Source of the DNA: Bugula neritina
Lineage: Eukaryota > Animalia > Bryozoa
Direction of reading: 5' to 3'
Assembly (NCBI GenBank): GCA_964035545.1
Contig: OZ037766.1
Coordinates: 29,080,640 to 29,144,639, forward strand
DNA length: 64,000 nucleotides
The position numbers and the translations under genes are program-made. The stretch's first letter is position 1. Each line of letters opens with the position of its first letter. Below the pieces are notes generated by a model, which worked only from the letters and a program-made list of their open reading frames with translations, searched no databases and had not been told where the DNA came from. Shown here piece after piece: positions 37,201 to 52,200 of this stretch.

Positions 37201-40200
37201 GACCAGAACTCGGGTATGACCTACCTCTCCTACTTTATGAAGCTCAACTCCTGTGGATACAAGGCTACACTCAGAGACGTGAATCAACTTCTTCCATCAA
37301 GCCATGTGACCAACTTTACTGTGAGTTTACAGTGTTAGCTCTTTGTAGGGAGTCGTGTGCTCTCTGTAGGATGCTGTTTGCATCACATATAGTGTATATA
37401 TTACGTTATAATAGAAAAAGTCTGTAGGGTATTTCTATAGTTAAAACAAGTTTATAGTTTATAGTCACCATCCCTGTGAGAAAATTCTGATGGGAGGGTT
37501 TTTTGTTAAATCGGACTAAGGACTTATTCAGATGAGACACGGGAGCAAATATGACTGGGTGCTCTTCCTAACGTCACCAATGGCCTTTACTGGGGCTCGA
37601 ACCCATTATTTTTTGCTTATGAAGCAAACACTTTAATTCCTAAATCAAGGCTTGAGATATTTATGTAGTTATTATATAATGATTAAATCAACACTTGATT
37701 ATTTACTATTGCTGAACTCTATAAATTTTAGCTAGTTACTGGTTTTGTATAGACTATTGTATTGCTACTGTTCTCACTTGAGTGAAGAGTTAATAGGCTG
37801 AGAGTTATTTATCAACCTGCTGATTTTTATACCTGCAGTCAGACTGGAGAGATGGCACCGCCTTAACTGACCTTGTACAAGCAGTTGGAGGTCACATTTC
37901 TAACCAGTCACCGTCTGCTGGAGTGATAGAATCCACGCAACTCGGTTAGTGTTATCATGTCAGGTGTACCGGTATGCTAATGTCAACTGCACTTCTCATA
38001 TGCTACACTATATTAACATTATTTAGGTTTATATTTACTAATTACTTGGTTTTACTCAGTCAAATTATAAAATACATTACATCAAATAATTAATATAGTT
38101 TATATAAAATAATCATAATAATATATAATAAAAGTAATAGTTGAATTTATAGTATAAGTAATGATATGTATAGTATAGGTAATATATAATATTTTAGTAT
38201 AATTTGCCTGCGTATATTATAAAGGGAAATAAAAATGCTGTATTCATATTGGTTTAATTTGAGAAAATATTCTATATAGCTGAATTTTTTCAAATGTACT
38301 TTTTATTAATTTATTCACATGGCTTTATATTCTCCTCCAGTGTTACATATGATCATCTTTTATATAAACATAGATGTAGCAGACCGGGGTATGTTAGTCC
38401 AGTATTGCAGCTTGTTTAATAGATATAAATGCTTTGTGGAAAATATCTGTTAATTCATACTGAGTGAAAGACTCAATATATATTATTTTATATTTAACAC
38501 AAGCGTTTGCTTGAAAACTATTTGATTGAATAGATTTTTAGTTTTGCTGTGTGATGATTTGGCCTTGCATTTTGTAGAATGGTTAATGATAACATCGGAG
38601 TGTTACAACTCCCAATACTGTGATATTCAATAAGGCTTTGTTGTGACTTATCCAATAGTTTTGGTGTCAACCCTGCATCTAGAATATATATGCTGCTGCC
38701 GATAAGGCAGTATGCTGACTGGGAATTGAATTGCTATTATTGAGAGCAGCCACACTCTAGGGGTTAGAGTGCTGACTCTGTAAACACGAGGTCATGGGTT
38801 CAATCCCCAGTGAAGGCCATTGGTGTTGTTAAGAAGGGCATTCAGTCATAACTATTTCATTGCCACAATAGCGAATATGTCCTTAGGCCGCTTAAACTCT
38901 TTTCACCAGGAGTTCTCACAGGGATAGTGAATATATAAGCTCGCGTGAATTTTTTCTGCCTGTTGGTATAAATTACCAACGCTGCAAGTATAGGTCAAAA
39001 CTTATTGGCACAATCATTTTTATAACCTTAGGAGTTGTCTTCTTTTTCTTTGAGTCAGTGTTTAGTAGATATTAAACTGTCTGTAGCTATACAAGGAGCC
39101 AGAGAACTTGGCATTGAGCCAATACTGTCAGCTGAAGACATGGTACAGCCACAGGCCGGTCACCTCGCTGTCATGGCTTACGCTGCCAGGTTCATTAACA
39201 GACCAGTCGTGAAGCTGTCAGCTGCCAGCTACATAGAGGTGCTGTTCAACACTGTGGACATATCTCCAGGCAGCAAGGTGAGCTCACTATACTAGTAACT
39301 ATATCACCTGACAGCAAGGTGAGCTCACTACACTAGTAAATATATAATAGGCTGTGCTCTGACCAGAGTTTTACCCAACTAAATATCTTCTATTATAGTT
39401 TATAATAGTCCTTGTTGTTTGATTTAATTAGGCTGTACTTGACTCAGACTCATGGCATTACTGTTTTGAATGCTCCGCAAATTTACTTTTCCAATATTGG
39501 GCTAATTATCTACTAACGACTTGTGATTAAAACGTATATGTTGTGTATAGATTGGCACTTGTGTTTCTTTTACTTCGTAGTCAATACATATTTTGTTTGT
39601 GCACGTTTGGTTTCTTTATTTCTGGTGTAGCTTTTATGTATGCTTTTCTCTAATAGTTTATGTTGTGTAACGAATATATGCCTTACTTGGTTAGCTACGA
39701 GTACATGTTGCAGTTTAACCCACAGAGTAATTCCCGTAGTTTAGCCTTGGGTTTGTTACTTTGCAGACACACTACTCTCTGCTCATGAAACAAGGGAATC
39801 CCAGGCTACACTCCATTAATGTCAAGGTCGCTGATCCCAATGGTAACAATGTGCCAACCACAGTGGAATGGGACGACCAGCCTGAAGCTACTGGACTGGG
39901 AACTTTTATACCAACTGTTGTGGGGGAGCATCAGGTACGTTGCCTGTTTGTATATATTCTGGTTTGTATGCCCCTTCCCCTTTGCGAGTGTGTACTTGTT
40001 CCAATACAGTTCGAATTGCTTCTTCATTGTCACTTTCTTGTATTATACGGTGTGTGTGTGTGTGTGCGTGCGTGCGTGCGTGTGTGTGTCGCATTTGGTA
40101 GCCATGTGCAAGCATTTTTGACCCTCCAATTTTCAGCATATGCCACTTTGTGCTATCTTGTGCACCTTTTACCCTGCTTACTGGATATTAATATGGTTTA

Positions 40201-43200
40201 GTGGTTAGTGCGTTGGGTTGGATGTGTGAGTTAGATTTCTGGTTTTAATCCCAGTCATACTACTTTACCACATAACAGCGCTGAAACTATGTTACCGCAA
40301 TAGTAAGGGATGCACAGTCCTAATCTCACCTAAAACCTCTTTAAGGTTTTGTTTCTGACAAGAATTACAAATTTAAAACAAGTTCCGTCTTTACTACTTT
40401 GTTAACTGCTATTTATCTTCTATCTTGAAATACAATGCTATGAGAAATCTACTGTTTGATATGTCTTGTTGTTAAACTGCAATAGCTTCTGTTACAGCTA
40501 AAGGTGATCTGTGATGGGGAGATGATTAGAGGCTCTCCTATCAAGTTCAATGTTGGCAGAAGTAAGAAGGCAATCTCCTTTGTTAGGAGAGATCAGGGGA
40601 TTGTTGGAGACAACACCAAGCTGGAGGTAGAGTACTCTATTTCTGTGATACTTTATATTGAGATGATTGATTGCTTGTCAACATTTATTGTCATAATGGC
40701 TATTTGCTTATTGTATGTAGTTCGTTTTATCAAAAAAATTCATGGAGATTTATTTTAATCAATAACATACAAAAACAGTTGTTTTAATTGAACTTTATTT
40801 CATCTCTTTCTTTCTTATGATTCTTCATTGGCGTAGGCTTACCTTGTGTACACATTTCTAGTACTAAATTTATGATATAGCAACGTAATTTGAAAGTTGT
40901 GTTCTCAAACAAAGTGATTCTATTGTATATTCTGTGTGTCTATATCTTCGATTGCCTTTTTAACTTGACTCATCCGATAAGGATGTTGCGATGCCCTTAG
41001 TGATCGATGTGCTTAGTGATCGTAACATTGAAGCAATGACATTGACTAATACTATCTTATTACCTACTGCAGTATACTGAAATAGTCATAATATGTATTG
41101 AGGCTGTTTGAAGTTGGAAAAACTAACTTCTAAGTCCTACAAAGGTGAAATATTTTTCAAAATTAGGAAATACAAGCATTATATTTTCAATATGTAACAA
41201 AACACAATTGGTGCATCACGTTGGTGACAGTTGTACCTTACTGTTATTTTAGAGGATTTAAATATTCACCATCAGCTGTGTAGGAACATTGGCAACAATT
41301 ACAAACATGGGTTCACAACATATATAATGAAATCAGTCTGTGTGCACACAACTCCAATAATGCGCAGATATTGTAGCCAATGTATTTCTGTATACATTTG
41401 TAAACAAGTCAGTCCTGCTTCAACATTATGCCATGTCAATGTAATCATGTCTGAGGTTTAAATGGGAAGGCTATTGTCGGGCAGGATATTATCAATTGTT
41501 GACTTCCTGCTTGAAAGCAAGGATTCCCCATGTATTGTAGGTGCTGAGTGAAGATGGGAATGTTGCAGACGTACATATGACGTACACTTCACCTTCTGGA
41601 CTGAGCAAGGAAATTGCTCTTTCTAGAAGCAGCTCTGGCCGTTCTCTCAGTCACTCCTTTGTTCCTGATGTAGTCGGTATGTGCATTGTCTAATCACATG
41701 ACCTGTCTAGTCACATGACCTGCCTAGTCACATGACCTGTCTAGTCACACGACTTGCCTAGTCACATGACCTGCCTAGTCACATGACTTGCCCAATCGTA
41801 TTATAATTTTGCATGTATACTATCAAGTCACATGACCTATGTTTTACATAATATTGGTAATATATACTACCTTGTCACATGATCCTTATGTAGACCATCT
41901 GATCACATGATCTCTCTGCACACCAGTCACATATATTATAATACCAGTTGGCATTTGTTATTACACCATCATGATTAAGATGTTCCCAAGTGTGGTGTTC
42001 ATATTTACCATACGCTCATGTGTGTATTTATCATACGCTCATGTGTGTATTTATCATACGCTCATGTGTGTATTTATCATACCTCATGTGTATTTATCAC
42101 TGTATGTTGCATCTTTCAGATTCTAGTAGCTCAGGTAACAAACTCTCTGCACACACATTGACATTTCCTCCACCACACATTGCATACTATTAATAATATG
42201 CCCATCTTTCTAAAACTCCCATTAAATTAGACCAAACAACTGGGTAACAAAATGATGATGTTGTACTTAAATTTGTTTTCTATAATGGTCATCATGTCAT
42301 ATGATTATGTAATATTAAAATTTTAAGAAGGCTCAAAAGCATTTTCGTCATTCAATCTTGTGAAAATACACTGCCTTTCTTTGATAGCAAAACTTACATT
42401 CTAATCATTTTTAATCTCAATTTATACTCACAAGTTTCTAGTTTACTAGCCTGTCTGAATATTCCATAATTAGATAATGTTTGATTTAATTTCCTTTTAA
42501 TATAATGTTAATATATTGTAACTTAGAATTTCCTACTGCCTACTATACAAAGAAAGTGTGGAAGTACTTGTAGATGGTGTCTTATGCTAAGCAAGCATTA
42601 GCGTTTCTTCTAGATCATTCAGTATATGATCAGTCAATGTTGTGACACCTCTACTGACAGGTGAGTGGAAGGTGTCAGTGCTACAGAACGGGGAGCATGC
42701 TAGTGGTAGTCCATACACAATGAACGTCATCAAACCTCAAGCAGTGAAGCTATGTAATCTTGAGGGTGGACTTATAGGCCAGCCTTTCTCATTTACTGGT
42801 GAGCCACAGCTATTTAATCTACTACAAAATGTAATTGTTCTATAAGCAGCTCCAAGTTGGGGGTGACTGAGTGCAGTCGTCCCAATAACCCTCAGCTCCA
42901 ATATTGAGAACTCCAAACTACTGCACCCCCAACTCAGAGCTGCTTATAGACCAATTCTACTAAACGTTTCATAATCTCAGCTTCATCAGAAAAGCTGTTA
43001 CATTCAGCATTGTTCCTAGCAGTTGCCTTCTTTTCTTAAGGTTTTTATCATTTACCATACTTTCTGATTTCTCCAGTTTATATATCTTTCTCTACAACTT
43101 TGTTGTAATGACTGGAGCATTTGTTTATTGGTTGCTATAGTAACCAGGGTACTTGTGTCAGCTGATTCGTGATTGGTTGTTGTAGTGGATACATCTGAAG

Positions 43201-46200
43201 CAGGCAAAGCTGAATTGCAGTGTCTAATTACCTTTTCAGGACAAGCTGTACCCTCCACTATTGAGAGGACAGGTAACTCCTAGTATAATAGTACTATATG
43301 CTATGTTGACATCTTGGTACTTGATGTGTGTACTGGTGATTGGTGGGATGAGTACGATCCTTTGTTATGAGATTAACAGTATGCTAATTTGCAGTATAAG
43401 GTTGCGTGACTGTTAGAGAGATAGTGTGTTGGTACATTCACCAGTATGAATGAATTGGTGTGTGAAATATCCAAATCATTATACATGAAACTGGCTGTGA
43501 AAGCCTATGCTCTATGTATCTTATGCTTAACATAATGGAATTTATTAGTGAAACTTACTAGTTAAAAACTTCACTTGGTGAGTGCGTAGGTTAGATTCTA
43601 TGAGTCATCAAATTACACACCTAAAAATGTACGAAACTGGATAGTAGTGAAATGCTTTACAAATGAAATCTGTCTAGTTTCTAACTATTTTATACTGCTT
43701 AAAGACATGGTCTATTTTTGCGTTCCCTCACACACCATACTACTACCTTATTAGCTATATGCATACATAAACAACTGTGGTGCAATCCTTTACAGTGTTT
43801 TTGTTAAATTGTACTCGTTATCTCAAAACTGTTTTAAAGGTACTTTAGGCTAATAAGTTGAAATATTTCAGGTTGAAGTAATAGTTGTCTCCCATGACTG
43901 TATGCATAGATCTATAATTATAGTTTGTGTGAGCATTTAATATCTTTCCGGAATAATTTCTGTTTCAGGAGAAGACACGTATCACGTGAAATTTACTCCA
44001 TCCGGTCCCGGAACTCATCTTATCAGACCCATGTACGGGGGTAAAGATGTTAGAGGTATACACTCTGTGCAGTAATATGTAACACGGAGATGTGTGGCAT
44101 GTCTAGCTAATAGGCTGGCTGTGGGTTTTTTGACATAATTGAAACGAAAGAATAATTTAATTAAAAGTTTAGTCTCTGTAATACATTTTGTGTTAGTTGC
44201 AATAAAGTAAAGAGAAGATAACTGCTGTAATTAATACAGTGTTACTCACAATTAACCTGTTACAGAGTATTATAGTCAGGAGTATCAATGATGTGCAGAG
44301 TTATTTTCATTTATGACTCATACTTTAGTGTAACCTGGCCCATGTATTGAATGTAACTCATACGTTCTTCTACGTGTGTCCAAGTGTAACATTTCTGTTG
44401 GTAGAAAATGAATGAGTAAGGTAAGAGCTCAATGAATTGCTCTCAGCTGCTCCTGGTTATTTTGCTAGACGAATGGCTGGTGTATGCTATCTGTATGCAC
44501 GGGGTATAGAATGCATGTTGCTATACTCGTAGTCAATGTTTTGGCTGATTAAATCTCTCATATTAACTGTTTGGTATTTGTGTGAGTTATGGGAGATATT
44601 GCCTTAGAATAATAGCCTAGCAAAGAACTGATTTGGTGTAAGTTTAAAGTCATGGACCATCAAAACTTGGTGTTGGTTAGCAATTATTTCCTCAGGCTAT
44701 TATTCCTGCTAATTTTGTACAAATAGAATCAAAATTGAATATTTAATGTTCAACAACTGCTCCTGAGTATATATGGTAGTCATATGGGAGAGAAGTTTTG
44801 CATGTTTATAAAGGAAAGCTGTGTTGTACATCAAGTGCATGGTTGAAAGAGCTGCTTAGCATGTCTAGCATATTGTCTGTCATATAAATCATGAACACTT
44901 GGCTACTGGAAGTTCAGCTTTACTTTAAGCAGTACAATGCAATGTCTCTTCAGAGTGCTTTCATCATACCAGCACCTAAATGTCACTAAACATTACAGCT
45001 GAGCCATACAAGGTGGAGATAACTGACAGCAACCTCGTGCTCACTGATGGACCTGGTCTGAAGCAAGCTAAGATCAATGAGATTACCACATTCTGGGTTG
45101 ATGCGTCTCAAGCGGGTCCCGGCCAACTCAATGTTCATATCAAAGGTGAGCAGAACTTAGCCTAATGTTTTAAGAAACAATATATTCATAGAACTTAGCC
45201 TAATGTTATAAGAGACAATAAATTCCTGTCTTTTACTCTTTTTTGTAGTTGAAGATAAGTTATACAATAGAATTACTAAGTCAGAGTTATTCTTTACTTG
45301 TATCTTGATATGCACATCTGTATATGTATTTAACTGACTAATAGTGAATACTCCTTGACTTGTCTGTTGCAGATGCTGGCAGTGTTCCAGTTCCCTCAAC
45401 TCTCCGAGAGTTACAGGATAAGAGGTTTGAGGTGAAGTACAGCCCCGCTGTGATTGGTGAGTCTCTTGTAGGTGTGTGTGTGTGCGTGTGCGTGTGTGTG
45501 TGTGTTTTATTTCATCATAATACAGTGTTTTACAACTAGCATAAGCTACAAGAGCAGACAAACAAATAGAAAGGAAACATAGTAACAAATAACAGTATAA
45601 AAAATAAGCTGTCGGAAATGATGATGAGGCCCAGTGCGAAATAGCATGGCTAGTGGTACGCGGGCCCAAAGTTGGCATTACCATACAAGGCACCACAGAT
45701 CACTCAACAGAGTGGAGGTGATGCCTCAATTCCGCTTTGAATTTACCAAGTGGCTGTATAATCTTTAAAAATTTAGGCAACTTATTCCACAGTGCAGATA
45801 TTACAAAATTTGAGGTGCGTTGACCAGCAAATGAGGAATAAAATGGAACAGGAAGAAATTGCAACTGATGACGAGTAGTATAGTGAGAATGTGTCGAAAA
45901 GCTTTCTGAGTAGAAGATTTTATGAGCTTTAATTAGCAGTTTGTACTTGTACAACTTGTCAACTGGTAAAATGTCTGATTTCCTAAACAGGTCTTTAGAA
46001 TGGTATCCAAAAGGCTTGCGGTGAATTATACGGATAATTTTCTTTTGAAATTTTATCACTCTATCAAGATGGACCCTGGATGCATTCCCCCAGGATTCTA
46101 TAGAGTAGCACAGCCTGGAATGTATTAGTGAATAGTATAACATGATCAAAATTTTTTTAGGAGCGAATGCATTTAAACGATAAAAAATTCCCGAAATTGG

Positions 46201-49200
46201 TCGAAGATTTAATAATATTTTCTGAATGTGGGATGACCAGTTTAAATTTCTATCAATTATCACGCCTAAAAATTTTACTTCGTCAACTGCTGTTATTGGT
46301 TTGTCGTTTATTGTTAATTTTAAATCAAATTGGAACTTATTTTGATAGTTCTTAAAAATAATGTGAGGTCTGCTTTTATCTTGGTTTGTTTTTTTCGTTT
46401 GTCGTTTGCTTTTTCGTTACACAAGAGTTTGCTTTCAGGTCCTCACAGCATAGACGTTGAGTTTGACGGGAAGAGGATAAAACATTCCCCGTTTACTGTG
46501 AACGTTTACAAGGATCCTAAGGCTGAAGTTCCTCGTGACGGTGTAGTCAACCAGCCCCTGGTGATTCTCTGTAAGTTTGTTCTTACATTTACACTGTTTG
46601 TATTCATTATTATACACTTGAAATGGAATCAGTAAAGCACAATCATTTTATATATTTGCTAAACTTAAAAACTGCAACGCTGCCGTGAAATATATCATTG
46701 TGTTATTTGAAAATGACAAACTTTGGGGTTGAACTCCGAGTCTTGCCTGTCGTCCAACATGTTTCTAGTTCTTTACTTGTATTAGTGGACACGGCCAATA
46801 CTGAGAAGGGAGATCTAAGCATCACAATTAACGAGGGCAAGATACCAGTGACTACCAAGAAACTGTCCAAGTCTTCATACTCTGCGGAGTTCATACCCTC
46901 TGATTTAGGGGAGTACAAGGTGGAGCTCGAGTTTAATAGCTCTCCTATTCAAGGTATTTGGGCTAATTTATTATATATTTTGTCTCTGTACCATATGATG
47001 CATATGACATAGAAACCAGCTACCTGCGTTTATGCATCTTGCTAATACATGTAGTTACTTTATGCCTGAAAAGTCCTGCTGCATGTAATTGCATTTTTGA
47101 AAGTTATCTCAATTGTAAATGTGAAAATGTATTATGTTTCCTGTGGTATATGATGGAAAGGTTTATATGGTTACCAAGTAGTTATTAGACAACATTTATT
47201 GTTTCTGTGCTAAAAGTAAGGACAGTCATATTTAACACTAACTTGCTTTTTTTTACCTACTAGGAAGTCCCTGGTATGTCAACATCACAGCTCCTGTGGT
47301 GAAAACTGGACCACCCGTGCTCACCCCCACTCCACCCCCGGTCCTTGTGGAACCCCCCACTCCACCACCTGTAGAAGTGGAAGCTCCTCCGCTACTACCA
47401 GTGCAGCCTGCTCCGGCCCCATCTACTGATATCTATGCCGTTGTGAAACCCAAAAGTGTTAGAGCCAGTGCTGCTAAGCCCAATGCTGTTCCAACTCAAT
47501 ATGCCAGAGTTGGTGAAACCAGATCCTTTGATATCATTGGCAAAGAGAATGTCACTGTGAAGATTATTGGTTGGTTTTTTTCCTGTGACTACATATTTTA
47601 GCATTTGTTGTAGAAATTTAGTAAATTGAAACGTGTGGTAAATAGATCACTATGAATATCACTGTGTTTGCATGTGTGTTTGTTGCCTTCGCGACTTCAT
47701 TTAGTATTATCTATTGTGTAACATCTGGATAGCAATTTGTTAAATAATTTTGATGAGCTGTTCTATATATTATTTCTGATATTTTGTTTCATTGAAACGT
47801 GAAATGAGTAATAATGAGCTAAAGAATTGTAATGATCATGGAATGGTAATAAAATACAAGAAAAAAGAATGTTTTAACACAAATGTAAACAAGTAGTTTA
47901 TAGTCAGCGATTTCAAGTAAAAAATATTATTTATGTTTATTATATGCATTCTGATAAATGAACACTTGTGCCCCCTTCAAAGTTCATTATTACTAAATTT
48001 TTAAAAATTGTGCATGTCAAAACTTAAGTTTTAAAAAATTAAATTTATTTCAAGTTTGATTTTTTTTCAAAATTATTTTGACACTAGGGTATTTCTATGT
48101 AAGTATTCCATACTCAAAGCTGTTGTATTCTTTTTAAAGTTTTTTATAAAAAGTAATTTAAATCTTTTCATGTCGAGAAGACAACTTTTAAATTGCTCTT
48201 CACAAAACTGTCCCCTAAGTAGAATAAAGCTTTCTTATAGCTAATTCATATACTTATTTCAGATGTGTTTGGCTCTAATGTTCCATTTACATCGACCCCT
48301 ACACCCAAAGGCTTTGCTGTGAACTATAAGTTCAAGTACATTGGTATGTTGTTATTTCCTGTCTCTTGTTTATTCAAGTGTGCATAATATTTGTAACATG
48401 CATGTTTATGAAGATGCCTAGTAGTCTTTACTGCTTTCAGCATAGAATACACACAAATAAAAATGAGTCATTTGATTATGTACAGTAAATACAACATCGT
48501 AAAACATAATTGTGTGTATCTGTGTGTGCACACATGTATGTGTTTTGCCAGTTTTGATCTGCCAGAAAAACTGCTAAATTTTAAATATGTTTGCATTTGT
48601 TCGTAACTTGGCTTTAAGTACATTTCAACTTTTGGCCACATTAAGGACTAAACACACCAGTTTAATCATTCTAGTGGGCAGACAACCCCAAGTTTCTGCT
48701 CAAGTCTCAACAAGTGCAGACACTTATACAGGGCATATTTTCTTATATCTATAACCTAAGCCTATAGATAGATTTTCACATTTTGTTAGACACTGTGTTT
48801 CATAAAATTCTTAGACAGACTATTAATACAGATTGTGGGTATGTTTTGTGTACCATTTTACTGTACAGATAAAACGTTGGTTGATCAGTTTTTTTTCTGT
48901 TTCCTAAACAGTATTAACTTCGGATATTTTTTCATATTTCAGAATTCTAGTGTTTAACTTTCTAACTATCCATGTTTAAATTATTGTTTCTTCTCTAGGA
49001 GACAACTGGATTCATCTGATTGGAGAGAACGGGAAGCCACTGAAGGGGAGTCCGTTCCTGGTCTGTGCCTTTGATCCTGGTTTAGTGGTGGTCAGTGATC
49101 TGCAGAGTCACGGGGTTATCAACACCCCTTCCCAGTTCAAAGGTAGGAAGTTGGAACTCAAACTATCAGCAAATACTCTCAACAAATACATTATCTTCAA

Positions 49201-52200
49201 TGGTTTCAGTTTGCTTATTTTTAATATTGGAGTTGTTCTACCAATTCTTAGATAATCAAGCATAATAAAATATACAGAAACCCAATTCATTCATGCTAGT
49301 GTAGTATGTTCATTATTGATATTTTTGTGATTCTCATATTTAAAGCTTTCGCATTGCTATTCTAGAGAATTCGAGCTGCTAGACACTAGAACACTTTGCT
49401 TCTCTCTTGTGTTTTATAATTACCACTTGGCTATATTTACTTTGTCAGTGAACACACTCAAGGCTGGCAGGGGGGAGGTCACCGTACTCGTAGACAAGGG
49501 AGCTACTAACTGTGAAGTTCACTCTCAGTCTAAAGGAGATTACAACGTTACGTACACTAGCACCTGCAACGGTGTCCGAAACATTGATGTGCTTTTCAAT
49601 AACCTTCCAGTACCAGGTAATTCTCCTAAGTTCTTTATACAATTTTTATTAGTAAAATGTATGACCTGTCAGTGTAGAGAAAAGAGAACAACTCCTAAGA
49701 AACTGAAACAATGTTGTATGTAAACAGTATTACTGCTTGTTTTAATAGTTCTATTGTTGCTTTACTTCACTTCACCTACCAGCTGTTATTATGACATCAC
49801 TTCCTTGCAGGGTCTCCTTTTCAAACTGACTTTGGTTCACCTCCTGTGCCGGCAGCAGCACCTCAGCGCGCAGGTGAGTTGTAGTTCGATGTATCTCTTT
49901 CATATTCCTCATTTACAATGCTTCTACTGCTATTTACAATGCTGGGGGTTCTATGTTATATATTGCTGGTAGTGTTCATACATGTTTCCTATATATGCTA
50001 ATTAATACACTACTCAAGCTGGTCCCTTAATTTCTGTTGAAACTATTCACTAGCACACTACAACTGATATTTATGTGTTTTCTGTTTTGAGTTGTCTTCT
50101 CATGTTTAGCTGCATAGTTCAGGCACTTGATGCATTACATGAAAAAGTTTGAGAGTTAAAAATGAGTAAACTTTGTGTAATGTTTATCTATTTAACTTAG
50201 AAATATGTTTGCGTTTTAAAGTATGCAGCAATGTGTATCATAGTACTTAGTGTATCACTAAACATACTAATGTGTAGCACTAGTGTAGATTTTGTAACGT
50301 AGTTTAACATATTATTGTGATAAATTTTTTGTGCAGTGTTGTTTAGTGTATGGTACTATAGCATACTGTAGTGTTTGTTGTAGTGTATTTGAGTGTAGTG
50401 TAGTGTTGTACTAGAGTATGCTGTAAAGTATACTATATGCCATTTAGTAGTGTTAGACTAGCCCTGGTTCCTATGTTACAAGTACGTAGTTCTCAGCTAT
50501 TATTAGCTCTCATTGTTAACTTCACAAGCTCCTTAATCACTCTTATCAAATACTCAACCTCTTCATTGATAGTTGGTTATCAGTAAATAAAAAGTTGTAA
50601 GCTTATCTCTTGGACATCACTGTGACTGTGTTAACTATTTGCTTCATGTATCATCTTGGGTATAACACGTAACCATTTAAGAACAGTAGTAGAGAAATTG
50701 AGATAGCCTAAGTTCTTCAATTTTCTTATTAAATTTTGGTTTGGGTCGAGGGTTGAAATTCTTATGAAAACATAATTTCTTTTGCTACATTTCTAATCTA
50801 GAACACAGGCTTTTCTCAGCTTCTTCAATGCTGCACCTACCTGTAACTAGCGTATGCTTTCTTCTTCCTGTCTCAAAGTCTTACACCAGATTTTTTACCT
50901 GCAGTAGTAATTCTTACCTATCAATTCATCAAAGAGAATTACATGCTGCAAGCTGTCTCAGTTGGCTGAATAATATTTAGCCTTAGGCCTTTATGTCAAA
51001 TAGCAAGCATTTTGTGAAGCGATATCCATCCCCCTCTACCTAATCTTTTTTTTTGCTTTAGATAGAACTTAGGCTAATATATGGCCTCATAACTTGATAT
51101 ACACAGGCATGCTTTCATTGCCTAATGAAGTGAATGCAATTACTGTAACATAATTGTTCACAAATTATTAATAACTTTACGTGGTATTGAAATAACTCGT
51201 TGGGCGGAAATACAGAATCTTACAAATTAGATCTGCATTTTGAAGGCGTAATTTTTATTTCTGGGAGCAGTAATCAATGTTTGGTGAATTTTCTGCATTG
51301 AGCAGACGAATTCTAAACTACTCGGGACGTCTGAGTTATAAGTAAGCAGCCGCGTGTATATCTGGGTAATCATTCCCTTTCATGCAAGGTTATTAGTCTC
51401 ACTATTGATAGGACTTCAAGTTGTACATCTAACAGCTATATAGTATATATATTACTTCACATATGTTCTCAATGTTATTCTGTAGCTGCTTTATACAAAC
51501 TTGCTCTAGTTCAAACATTGATATCAGTAACCTTGAGTGATAGACACAATTATTTATTTTATTGCAACTGTTGAGATCACCAATAAAAATAAGTTAATGT
51601 TGAAGTAATGCAGTATTACAAAATTGAAAATATTGTATGCATCCCCCATCTATTTTATTTTTTGATTTCAAATGAAGAATTTCAATCTTTATTACCTAAA
51701 TTTGTGCTTACTAAATTCAATTATATATGAATATCTCAACAAATGATTCAGCATTTGCCTGTAATAGCATATAGTATAGTATAGCACGTACAGCATAGTA
51801 TGCTATAGCATATAGTATATGTAGTACAATATTACATAGTATAGTGTGGTATAGTATAGTGTAGTATAGTATAGTGTAGTATGGTATAGTGTAGTATAGT
51901 ATAGTGTAGTATAGTATAGTGTAGTATAGTATATTGTATAGTATAGTGTAGTGTAGTATATAGTATAGTATAGTATATTGTATAGTATAGTGTGGTATAG
52001 CAGCACAATCTTGGTTACTTACTCAAAGCATCTAATGTAATATACAGGGCTGACACTAGTCTATGTAGTATTCAATTAAATATAGAGCCATATACTAAGG
52101 ACAAAGTTCCCATTCTCCACTCTGTTGAATTATTCAGAATTAATCAATCGGAAACCTTCCCTTGTTCCATACTAGATACACAAAATCGTGTCCAAGATAT

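Noticed and set aside
38744-38815. tRNA gene
   Set aside because: The acceptor and D stems do not pair well, and the sequence continues into a core and tail shared with two other dispersed copies. It is a SINE head.
40193-40260. Degenerate tRNA-like head (atggtttagtggttagtgcg...aatccc)
   Set aside because: Too decayed to call. It is possibly an old SINE fragment, not a tRNA gene.
51803-52006. Tyr/Thr-rich ORF and similar ORFs at 7542, 31565, 31801, 41990, 62012
   Set aside because: These are translations of tandem or low-complexity repeats.
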